Assembly: GCA_900543825.1 (NCBI GenBank)
Contig: UQSR01000005.1
Location: forward strand, 11,122-75,121
Reading direction: 5' to 3'
Source: an uncultured Mycoplasmatota bacterium
GTDB lineage: Bacteria > Bacillota_I > Bacilli_A > RF39 > UBA660
DNA length: 64,000 bases
Made by a program: the position numbers and the translations under genes. The notes beneath the pieces were generated by a model. It was not told the origin of the DNA and did not search any database. It was given only the letters and a program-made list of their open reading frames with translations. Each line of letters begins with the position of its first letter. Position 1 is the first letter of the stretch. Shown here in pieces: positions 28,918-36,926 of this stretch.

Positions 28918-28992
28918 TGGTTGCCCTGGTTAGATTCGAACTAACGCGTGCTAGAGTCAGAGTCTAGAGCCTTACCACTTGGCTACAGGGCA
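28918..28992 (-). tRNA. tRNA-Gln with anticodon CUG
   Basis: Minus-strand sequence TGCCCTGTAGCCAAGTGGTAAGGCTCTAGACTCTGACTCTAGCACGCGTTAGTTCGAATCTAACCAGGGCAACCA. U1-A72 start typical of tRNA-Gln, anticodon loop CT-CTG-AC, T-loop TTCGAAT, encoded CCA. Confidence 0.8.
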
Positions 28993-29103
28993 GTTACTGA
29001 TATAATTATAGCATCTAATTTTTAATTATTCAAGTTTTTTTCATTTATCTGCTTATTTTTCTAGTTGTCTATACTTGCTTCTGCTATAATTATATCAGTA
29101 ACT
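28992..29103. repeat. Perfect 21-bp inverted repeat (AGTTACTGATATAATTATAGC / GCTATAATTATATCAGTAACT) flanking a 70-bp AT-rich spacer
   Basis: Arms at 28992-29012 and 29083-29103 are exact reverse complements. The left arm begins at the first nucleotide upstream of tRNA-Gln position 1 and contains its -10 box. The right arm abuts the structured region 3' of tnpB. Confidence 0.6.
29005..29033 (-). promoter_or_regulatory. Near-consensus sigma-A promoter for tRNA-Gln
   Basis: Minus strand: TTGAAT (29028-29033), 17-nt spacer, TATAAT (29005-29010), 12 nt before the tRNA 5' end. Confidence 0.5.
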
Positions 29104-30397
29104 CTCCCCGAATAAAGTGCAAATTGTTTGCACCATCACTTCACAGTGATGAATTTCTGTTTCTTGGAAACTACACTTAGCTTCGTCCACAGACTTAAAT
29201 TCCGATAAGTGCTACCGTACTTTATTTTTACTTTAAAGAAATTTTGTTCGTTATTGACATTCATTATTGATACCTGGAATATACTTTCTTCATATATAAT
29301 TTTAGCCCTTCAAACATGATATTTATACTTGCATTTAAATCTCTATCTAATGTGTTTTTGCAACATTGGCATACATAGTCTCTCTCATTTAAGTTCTTGT
29401 ATTTTTTATCTATATTATCACAAACACTACAGGTTTGACTTGATGGATAGTAGGTATTTATTTTGAAAAAGTATTTACCTTTTTCTTTAGACTTGTATTC
29501 TAGTTGTTTTAGTATTTCTCTAAATGTTGCATCATTTATTTTTTTTGATAGATTTATGTTTTTGTCCATAATCATTTTTTTAATATTTAATGATTCGGTA
29601 ATTATTATATCATAATTATCGGTTATTTCTTTTGTTATTTTATGAATGTAGTATTTTCTGGCATTGGATAATTTGCTATAGAGTTTATTTAATCTTTTTA
29701 AATTTTTGTAATAGTTTTGACTTCCTTTATTCTTTTTGGATAATTTATAGTGTTCTCTTTTTATTTGTTCTTCGTATTTATTTATATATTTGTTATTATC
29801 ATACGATGTATTATCTGACATTGTTATTAGTTTCTTTATTCCTAAATCTATTCCTACTATTGTATTTGGTTTTCTTTTTGATGGTTCTGGCAATTCATAT
29901 AATATACTCACATAATATTTGCTATTTTTATCTTTCGATATTGTTACGTTTGTTATTTTGCCATTTATTTTGGTGATATTTCTATAGCCTCTTATTTTTA
30001 ATTCTTCTAATTCTGGTAATTTTATTGTTCTACTAATTAAATCTAATTCTATATTACAGTATTTATTGTAAATAGCTTTAATTGTATAACTATTTTTACC
30101 ATATTTGCTTCGATATTTTGGATTACTAATTCCACTGTTGAGATGTCTTTTATAATTATCTTGTAGATTGAATATTGTTTTCTTGATAAGCAATGGATTG
30201 GCTTCTAGTAAGAAAGGATATTCATATTTTAATTTATTTGTATAATCTTTAATACAAGAATAGGCGTTTATATATCCTTCGCTAATTATTTTTCTAAGAT
30301 AATAATTATATACAAATCTATTACATCCAAAAGTTTTATTTAGTTTTTGTTTTTGTGTGTCACTTGGATATATTCTAAATTTATATGCTTTATACAT
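29104..30397 (-). mobile_element. IS200/IS605-family tnpB-only element (IS1341-like); boundaries approximate
   Basis: Intact tnpB with a structured ~160-nt 3' region (hairpins GTGCAAA..TTTGCAC, CATCACT..AGTGATG, GTTTC..GAAAC), typical of an omega-RNA scaffold. No Y1 (HUH) tnpA is present. Confidence 0.4.
29264..30397 (-). CDS. tnpB: RNA-guided endonuclease TnpB (OrfB, IS200/IS605 family)
   Basis: MYKAYKFRIYPS...QKQKL..FGC.RFVYN N-terminus; split RuvC residues (IVGIDLG D, IIITESL E, DRDLNASINI D); C-terminal Zn finger CSVCDN...CQCCKN; 377 aa. Confidence 0.85.
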   Translation of the reverse strand: MYKAYKFRIYPSDTQKQKLNKTFGCNRFVYNYYLRKIISEGYINAYSCIKDYTNKLKYEYPFLLEANPLLIKKTIFNLQDNYKRHLNSGISNPKYRSKYGKNSYTIKAIYNKYCNIELDLISRTIKLPELEELKIRGYRNITKINGKITNVTISKDKNSKYYVSILYELPEPSKRKPNTIVGIDLGIKKLITMSDNTSYDNNKYINKYEEQIKREHYKLSKKNKGSQNYYKNLKRLNKLYSKLSNARKYYIHKITKEITDNYDIIITESLNIKKMIMDKNINLSKKINDATFREILKQLEYKSKEKGKYFFKINTYYPSSQTCSVCDNIDKKYKNLNERDYVCQCCKNTLDRDLNASINIMFEGLKLYMKKVYSRYQ

Positions 30398-30409
30398 TAT
30401 TTCACCGCC

Positions 30410-30940
30410 TTATATTTGCTTGTTTATTAAATTAATTAGATTTTTTCTCTCTTCAGGAGTTAATAATTCTAACATTTTATCATAATTATCTAATACATTT
30501 ACATTGATAATATTTAAAGGACTTTTTAGTACTATTCCTTCTTTGTTCTTTAATATTAATTTTGCTACTTCTTTTGTGTTAAATATATCTAGGTTTATGA
30601 TTGCATGTGTACTTGAGAATAATTCTTCGTTTTCTAATTTTAGTTTGGTTATTTCTTCAAATAGATCATAGTATGTTCTAAGTACATAATCTATTTTATC
30701 AAAGTTTTCATTTATTCCTAAACTGAAGAATTGATTTTTATTTACTCTTATTAGGTAATTATTATTTATGGTGTTGTCTACTATATGGCTTCTTATTTCT
30801 TTTATATAGATGTCTCCTTCTACTAAAATGATATTGTGTTTAGATAAAATGTGGTTTAGGAATTTATATATGATTTTTCTATCTAGTTCTTTGTTTGTTA
30901 TGACTTTATTAAATATTTGTATTATTTTAATAGTATCCAT
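30410..30940 (-). CDS. Hypothetical 176-aa protein immediately upstream of tnpB (not a recognisable transposase)
   Basis: Same strand, 12 nt upstream of tnpB; lacks HUH/Tyr or serine-recombinase motifs. Confidence 0.4.
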   Translation of the reverse strand: MDTIKIIQIFNKVITNKELDRKIIYKFLNHILSKHNIILVEGDIYIKEIRSHIVDNTINNNYLIRVNKNQFFSLGINENFDKIDYVLRTYYDLFEEITKLKLENEELFSSTHAIINLDIFNTKEVAKLILKNKEGIVLKSPLNIINVNVLDNYDKMLELLTPEERKNLINLINKQI

Positions 30941-31104
30941 TTTTTCCTCCTTGCAATGATAATAGCAGATTTGATTTAATTATGCAAATGGGGTAAAAAG
31001 GTATTTTGTGAATGTTTTTTCTGGTATAAAGTTATTTTTAATGTGTTAAAAATATATTTTGGCTGTTATTAATGGTATAAAAAGTTATTTTGATTAAATT
31101 TTAT

Positions 31105-31143
31105 TTTTTTAAAAAAATGAATCTCATATATTTGAGATTCATT
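31105..31143 (-). terminator. Rho-independent terminator of leuS
   Basis: 11-bp stem AATGAATCTCA-TATATT-TGAGATTCATT five nt after the leuS stop; the minus strand continues with TTTTTAAAAAAA. Confidence 0.7.
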
Positions 31144-31147
31144 ATGT

Positions 31148-33559
31148 TTATTTTATAACAATATTTACTATTCTTCCTGGTACTACGATAACCTTTACTA
31201 CTTTTTTGTTTTCAATCCACTTTTTTATGTTTTCTCTTGATAGTGCTGTTTTTTCTAATTCTTCTTTTGAAGTATTTATGTTTATTTTGATGGTATCTCT
31301 TACTTTACCATTTACTTGAATAGCTATTTCTTTTTCTTGATCTTCTGTTTTGGCTTCATCATATTTTGGCCATGGTCTATTGCAAATTGGTTCATATCCT
31401 ATAGTTTCATTTAATTCTTCTGTTATATGTGGAGCAATTGGATTTAGTAGTTCTAGTAATATTCTATAATCGCCTTTGGTAATATGCTCTTTTTCGTCAT
31501 AAGTATTTAATAGAATCATTAGTGTTGATACTGCTGTATTGTAGGCCATGTGAGTTAGGTCGTGTTCAACTTTTTTGATACTTTTGTTGATAATCACTTC
31601 TAGGTCTTTAGAATATTCATCATTATCTGTGACTTTATCTTTTAGTCTTACTATTCTATCAACAAATCTTTTGCATCCTTTAAGTGAGTCTGTGCTCCAT
31701 GGTGCATCTTGTGTATAGTCACCCATAAACATTTCGTATATTCTTAAGGCATCTGCTCCATATCCGTTTACTATTTCGTCTGGATTTATTACATTGCCTT
31801 TACTTTTACTCATTTTTTCGTTATTAGAGCCTAATATCATTCCGTGGCTTACTCTGGTCCAAATCATTTCTTTATGTGGTACTAAGCCAAAGTTGTATAG
31901 CATCTGTACCCAGAATCTAGCATATAATAGATGTCTAGCTGTATGTTCCATGCCACCGTCATACCAATCTACTCTGTTCCAATATTTCATTACATCCATA
32001 TTAGCAAATTCTTTGTTATTGTGTGGATCCATAAATCTTAGGAAATACCATGATGAACCAGCCCAGTTAGGCATTGTATCGGTTTCTCTTCTGGCAGGGC
32101 CTCCGCAACAAGGACAAGTTGTATTTACCCATTCATCGATCTTTGCTAATGGGCTTTCACCGTTTTCAGTTGGTTCGTATTCTGCAACATTTGGAAGAAG
32201 TAGTGGTAAATCTTTTTCTTCCATAGGTTGCCAGCCACATTTTTCGCAATAAATCATTGGAATTGGTTCCCCCCAGAATCTTTGTCTTGAGAAAATCCAA
32301 TCTCTCATTTTATAGTTATTTACTCTTCTTCCAATACCTAGTTTTTCTAGTTTTTTAGTAATGGCTTCTTTGGCTTCTTCCACTGTCATACCGGTGAATT
32401 CTTCGGAATTTATAAGTTTGCAATTTTTTCCTAAATAATCATATTTTTCAAAAGCTTTAGTTGAGATGTCTCCTCCGGATATTACTTCTATCATATCTAA
32501 GTTATGGGCTTTCATGTATTCATAATCTCTTTGGTCATGAGCTGGAACGGCCATTACTGCACCGGTACCATAGTCGCCTAAAACGAAGTCTCCTATAAAT
32601 ACTGGTACTTCTTTACCATTTACTGGATTAATTGCTTTAATTCCTTTTAATTCTACACCTGTTTTTCCTTTATTTAATTCTGTTCTATCCATATTAGATT
32701 TATGTGATGTTGCTTCTATATAAGATAAAACTTCATCTTTATTTTCTACTCTTGGTAATAGTTCTTTCATTAGTTTTCCGTCTGGAGCTATTACAAAGAA
32801 TGTTATACCATATACTGTTTCAATACATGTGGTAAATACTGAGAAAGATCCTCCTCCTACAACATTTACATCCAACTCAACGCCGGTTGATTTGCCTATC
32901 CAATTGATTTGTCCTAATTTTACTCTTTCAGCAAAATTTGTGTCATCAAGTCCTTTTAATAAATCTTCAGCATAATCGGACATTCTAAGCATCCATTGGG
33001 ATTTTTCTTTTTGAACAACGCTACTGCCACATCTTTCACACACGCCACCAGCGGCATCTTCGTTGGAAAGTACGGTTTTGCATGTTGGGCACCAATTTAC
33101 TGGTATTGTTGCTTTATAGGCCATATTGTGTTTGTAAAATTGCAAGAATTGCCATTGTGTCCATTTATAATATTCTGGATCGGTAGTAGAAAATTCTCTA
33201 CTCCAATCAAATGAAAATCCAAGTCTTTTCATTTGGCCTTTAAATGTTTTTATATTTTCTTTTACGGCGTCTTTGGGATGAATATGATTTTTTATGGCAT
33301 ATTGTTCTGCTGGTGCTCCGAATGCATCCCATCCCATTGGATATAAAACGTTATATCCTTGTCTTCTTTTCATTCTAGCTATAGCGTCTTGTGCTGTATA
33401 GCCTCTAACGTGGCCTACATGTAGTCCACTTCCTGATGGATATGGAAATTCTACTAGAATGTAATATGGTTTTTTGTTGCTCTCGTTTTGTGCTTCAAAA
33501 ACATGATTATTTTCCCAGTACTCTTGCCATTTTTTTTCTATTTTTTTGAAATTATACAT
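31148..33559 (-). CDS. leuS: Leucine--tRNA ligase
   Basis: 803 aa. Has HVGH (HIGH), the CP1 editing domain and KMSKS (EKMSKSKGNV), with an MYNFKKIEKKWQEYW N-terminus. Confidence 0.9.
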   Translation of the reverse strand: MYNFKKIEKKWQEYWENNHVFEAQNESNKKPYYILVEFPYPSGSGLHVGHVRGYTAQDAIARMKRRQGYNVLYPMGWDAFGAPAEQYAIKNHIHPKDAVKENIKTFKGQMKRLGFSFDWSREFSTTDPEYYKWTQWQFLQFYKHNMAYKATIPVNWCPTCKTVLSNEDAAGGVCERCGSSVVQKEKSQWMLRMSDYAEDLLKGLDDTNFAERVKLGQINWIGKSTGVELDVNVVGGGSFSVFTTCIETVYGITFFVIAPDGKLMKELLPRVENKDEVLSYIEATSHKSNMDRTELNKGKTGVELKGIKAINPVNGKEVPVFIGDFVLGDYGTGAVMAVPAHDQRDYEYMKAHNLDMIEVISGGDISTKAFEKYDYLGKNCKLINSEEFTGMTVEEAKEAITKKLEKLGIGRRVNNYKMRDWIFSRQRFWGEPIPMIYCEKCGWQPMEEKDLPLLLPNVAEYEPTENGESPLAKIDEWVNTTCPCCGGPARRETDTMPNWAGSSWYFLRFMDPHNNKEFANMDVMKYWNRVDWYDGGMEHTARHLLYARFWVQMLYNFGLVPHKEMIWTRVSHGMILGSNNEKMSKSKGNVINPDEIVNGYGADALRIYEMFMGDYTQDAPWSTDSLKGCKRFVDRIVRLKDKVTDNDEYSKDLEVIINKSIKKVEHDLTHMAYNTAVSTLMILLNTYDEKEHITKGDYRILLELLNPIAPHITEELNETIGYEPICNRPWPKYDEAKTEDQEKEIAIQVNGKVRDTIKININTSKEELEKTALSRENIKKWIENKKVVKVIVVPGRIVNIVIK

Positions 33560-33917
33560 TTTTTTTACCTCTTTTCTGATAATGTCTTCCTAGTATTCCA
33601 TACATAATTATTATTAATAGGATTATGAGTATTATGCTACATAGCAATTGCCATAGCCAATTGTCTAATAAGTGAAAAACAATTACATAAGTCAAAGCAA
33701 TTATAAAAGTATTTATAATTGCGGAAGTGTATAAAAATTTTTTGTAATTTATTTTTTTTTCATCTAATCCATATACTCTTACTAAATAATAGTATTCCAC
33801 TGGTACTTTCTTTTTATTATATTTTGTCTTTTTAAAGACAAAAAAGAAATAATATAATATAAATATTAATGTATATGATATTATAAAGTCTAATAGTATA
33901 TTTAATATTTCTTTCAT
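33552..33917 (-). CDS. Small membrane protein (121 aa) whose stop overlaps the leuS start
   Basis: Two to three hydrophobic helices and a basic C-terminus. Its TAA stop is interleaved with the leuS ATG (AATGTATAA), implying translational coupling. Confidence 0.4.
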   Translation of the reverse strand: MKEILNILLDFIISYTLIFILYYFFFVFKKTKYNKKKVPVEYYYLVRVYGLDEKKINYKKFLYTSAIINTFIIALTYVIVFHLLDNWLWQLLCSIILIILLIIIMYGILGRHYQKRGKKNV

Positions 33918-33947
33918 TATATTACCTCCATATAAGTCTGTATTATA

Positions 33948-36278
33948 CTATATTTTTTGGATGTATTCAAGTAAATTGATGAATATTTTTATATATTTAC
34001 TATCTAATCCTTTTTTCTTTAATTTTCTTATTTTTATTCTTTTTTTCTTAACATCTAAATCACTAAATAATATTTCATCTAATTTGTCTTTTAGACTTGT
34101 ATTTATTGCTAAGTCATATAATATTTCTTTAATGTCTTCATTGATAAGCCTAATAGAACTTACTAAAACATTTTCACCTTTTATATTTACTTCTAAGTCT
34201 CTGCCTACGATAAGGTTATTTATTTGAATAATGAAATCGTTTTTATCATAATAGCAATTATAAGTAATACTTTTATCTTCTATGTATACTGCTTTAATAT
34301 TTTTGGTGTTTTTGAATCTTAATAAATAGTTTCTTTTACTTAGAAGATTTTTACCTTCTGATTTTGATATTTTTAAGGTGTAATTATCTTTTTCATAATG
34401 ATAACTAAAGTTTGTTATCATATACATACCTTTTTTATAGTTATTTGTTATGCCATCATCTTCGTATAAATTGTATGTTCCATCGTTAAGTGGATATATA
34501 TTTAATTCTAGAGTACTTGGTATATCTTCTTTAATGTTATAGCTCATTGGTATTATTGATCCGGCTTTTACGAATACGGGATAATCTTCATCGCGATAGA
34601 AATTGGTATAATATTTAGCTCCATTATATTGTTTTCCATCTAATAAATTGAACCAAATGCCATCTGGAACAAATATTTTTTTCATTACTCTATCGATAAC
34701 TATATTTTTTTTGTTAGTTATTGGTGATACGAAAAGGTTTTGACCGAAAAAGTATTGATTTTTGTATTGAACATCATCTAATATTTTTGGGTAATCGTAA
34801 TAGAATGGTTTTACTATTCCTTTTCCTGTTTTATGATAGTTATAGCTTTCGGTATAGATGTATGGTATTAATTTGTATCTTAAATTCATAAAATTAATTA
34901 TATCGTTTTCGATAATTGGATTCCATTTCCATGGTTCTCTTTTGTAATACTTGCCTCCTTCACTGGCAAGTAAAAAGATTGGTGAGAAGCAGGCAAATTG
35001 TATGTATCTTAAATATAATTCAGCTTCTTCGATTCCGTTGTGATAACCGCCAATGGGATGGGCTATGAAAGATACTCCGACGTTATATCCTTGGAGATTA
35101 TATCTTGGTAATAGATTTAGGGTTGTCCAATTTACTAATGTTTTACCACTCCAAATGATTGGATAGCGATGTACCGCTATTCCGTGATTTCGGGTTAGTG
35201 ATAATCCTCTTTTTCCTCTTGTTTCTATTTTTCCATGATGATAATGGGCAAATTTCCACAAATCTATTTTGTCATTTGGATTATTATAATCAATACTATA
35301 TAGTTCTACGCCTTGCATTTCTAGATTATTTATAAACATGTTTAGGTATATGCCTAGTTTTTCGTTGCTAAGGGGAATAAATTTGAATTTTTCTTCATTG
35401 ATAAAACTGCTTATTAAATTATATTCATTAGTTCCTTTTGCTATTTCTAAATTGGGATTAATTGTTACTCCTAATTTTATGTTTTTTTGTGTTAAATAAT
35501 TGCTTACGTTTTTTAGGTCAATACTTGGTATGTAATTGTTGTTTCCACGCCATGAGTCTCCTAATAGAAATATTGATATTGGGATATTGTCTTTGTTAAA
35601 TCTATCTACTAATGATATTATATCTTTACTGGTGTAATTATCGTTTTTATACCACCATGCCCCTAAGGCATATCTTGGTATTAGGTTTGGATAGCCGGTT
35701 AAAGTGAAATAGTCGTTTAAACATCCGTCAAAATCTTTATTGTACATAAAGAGATATATGTCTTTTGATCCTTCTTCTCTTGGGATGAAAATGTCGTTTT
35801 CTGTTAATACTGGAGTATTGTCTTTTACTACTGCATAGCCATCTAAAGAATATAATCCTGTATCTAGAATTATTTTATCCTTGATGCTGTCAATTGAATA
35901 ATTTATACCTCTTAAATTTTTTACTTGTGGGCTATTCATTTGCCACTCTATTGTAGTATTATTTATGACGGCTTTTAGATTACTGCCGAAGTTTCCGGCT
36001 TTGAAATCTTTATCTTTTACGTATGTGATTGTGAAAATGCCGGTATCTATTTGGATTAGTGTTTCACTTTCGGTGATGCCATATGGTGTTTTGGGAAAGG
36101 TTCTATTAATGACTAAGGCGGTTGGGTCATCGATAAATTTACCACTTGGTGTATACTCTAATCTGGCTAATCTTGGTGTTAATATGGTTATTCTGTACTT
36201 ATTGCCTATAATGCATGATTCTTTATTACTAATTAGTTTGGTTCTGGATTCTATGTAGTAATTTGACACATTAGCCAT
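33948..36278 (-). CDS. Glycoside hydrolase, family 31-like (alpha-glucosidase/alpha-xylosidase type), cytoplasmic
   Basis: 776 aa with GH31-like N-terminal beta-sandwich, central (beta/alpha)8 region (LGAWWYKNDNY..., SIDYNNPND, HYHHGK) and C-terminal domains; no signal peptide. Confidence 0.55.
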   Translation of the reverse strand: MANVSNYYIESRTKLISNKESCIIGNKYRITILTPRLARLEYTPSGKFIDDPTALVINRTFPKTPYGITESETLIQIDTGIFTITYVKDKDFKAGNFGSNLKAVINNTTIEWQMNSPQVKNLRGINYSIDSIKDKIILDTGLYSLDGYAVVKDNTPVLTENDIFIPREEGSKDIYLFMYNKDFDGCLNDYFTLTGYPNLIPRYALGAWWYKNDNYTSKDIISLVDRFNKDNIPISIFLLGDSWRGNNNYIPSIDLKNVSNYLTQKNIKLGVTINPNLEIAKGTNEYNLISSFINEEKFKFIPLSNEKLGIYLNMFINNLEMQGVELYSIDYNNPNDKIDLWKFAHYHHGKIETRGKRGLSLTRNHGIAVHRYPIIWSGKTLVNWTTLNLLPRYNLQGYNVGVSFIAHPIGGYHNGIEEAELYLRYIQFACFSPIFLLASEGGKYYKREPWKWNPIIENDIINFMNLRYKLIPYIYTESYNYHKTGKGIVKPFYYDYPKILDDVQYKNQYFFGQNLFVSPITNKKNIVIDRVMKKIFVPDGIWFNLLDGKQYNGAKYYTNFYRDEDYPVFVKAGSIIPMSYNIKEDIPSTLELNIYPLNDGTYNLYEDDGITNNYKKGMYMITNFSYHYEKDNYTLKISKSEGKNLLSKRNYLLRFKNTKNIKAVYIEDKSITYNCYYDKNDFIIQINNLIVGRDLEVNIKGENVLVSSIRLINEDIKEILYDLAINTSLKDKLDEILFSDLDVKKKRIKIRKLKKKGLDSKYIKIFINLLEYIQKI

Positions 36279-36313
36279 TTTTTCACCTTCTTTTTTATTC
36301 TTTTTTTGTTTTT

Positions 36314-36880
36314 TTATTCTTGCTTCATACTAGCTGTACAGCGTACAGTAGCTTTTATTGTTTCCCCTTGTACTTCATAATCGTTTATATTGTTTTCATC
36401 AAACCATAAGTATACTTTGTAAGTGGTGCTTGTGGTGCTAAGCGGTATGTTTGTTGCTATTAGTTTTGATGTTCCTGCTGAAGTTCCTTTCATACTGCCT
36501 GAGGATATTATGGTGTTGCCACTTACAACGGTATATTTTAATGCATCGCTGTTCTTTAATTTATCCCCTATTGAGGTAACATCCATATATATGTGTCCAT
36601 ATATGTCATATGTGTTATCTTTTTTATATAATGTTATGGTAATGTTATTTCCTCCTGTATATGTAGATGATGGATTTATGGTACCACGCGTTATATCAGT
36701 ACCTTTATTATATGTTATATAATAATCTAATCCTTTAGTAGTTGTGTTTACATTTAAATCTTCGAATAGTATACTTGTGAAATAAGCTATACTTCCCCCT
36801 AGTAGTCCTAAACATAGGATGGTTAGTCCTGATATTATTAATATTTTTTTCTTCTTATCGTATTCCATGTTATTCCTCAC
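36314..36880 (-). CDS. Secreted protein with SipW-cognate-class signal peptide (TasA/camelysin-like superfamily candidate)
   Basis: MRNNMEYDKKKKILIISGLTILCLGLLGGSIAYFTS: hydrophobic core ending in the AYF(T/S) motif characteristic of SipW-dependent signal peptides; 188 aa. Confidence 0.45.
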   Translation of the reverse strand: MRNNMEYDKKKKILIISGLTILCLGLLGGSIAYFTSILFEDLNVNTTTKGLDYYITYNKGTDITRGTINPSSTYTGGNNITITLYKKDNTYDIYGHIYMDVTSIGDKLKNSDALKYTVVSGNTIISSGSMKGTSAGTSKLIATNIPLSTTSTTYKVYLWFDENNINDYEVQGETIKATVRCTASMKQE

Positions 36881-36926
36881 TATCTTACTGATATAATAAT
36901 ATCATAATTAACTAAAAAGTGCAATA

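Noticed and set aside
30410-30940. 176-aa protein upstream of tnpB as a TnpA transposase
   Set aside because: It has no HUH motif or catalytic Tyr (IS200-type) and no serine-recombinase motif (IS607-type), so it is reported only as a hypothetical protein.
31016-31082. Two direct copies of GGTATAAA(A)GTTATTTT upstream of the 176-aa gene
   Set aside because: The copies are short and in AT-rich DNA, and they could be chance or promoter-like. There is insufficient evidence to call a regulatory repeat.
33560-33947. T-box riboswitch leader upstream of leuS (and of the GluRS-family gene at 28642-28724)
   Set aside because: No T-box consensus (AAUUAGGGUGG/ACCGCG) is present on the coding strand. 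The interval is occupied by a 121-codon ORF with coding-like composition, and the GluRS upstream region is only ~80 nt.
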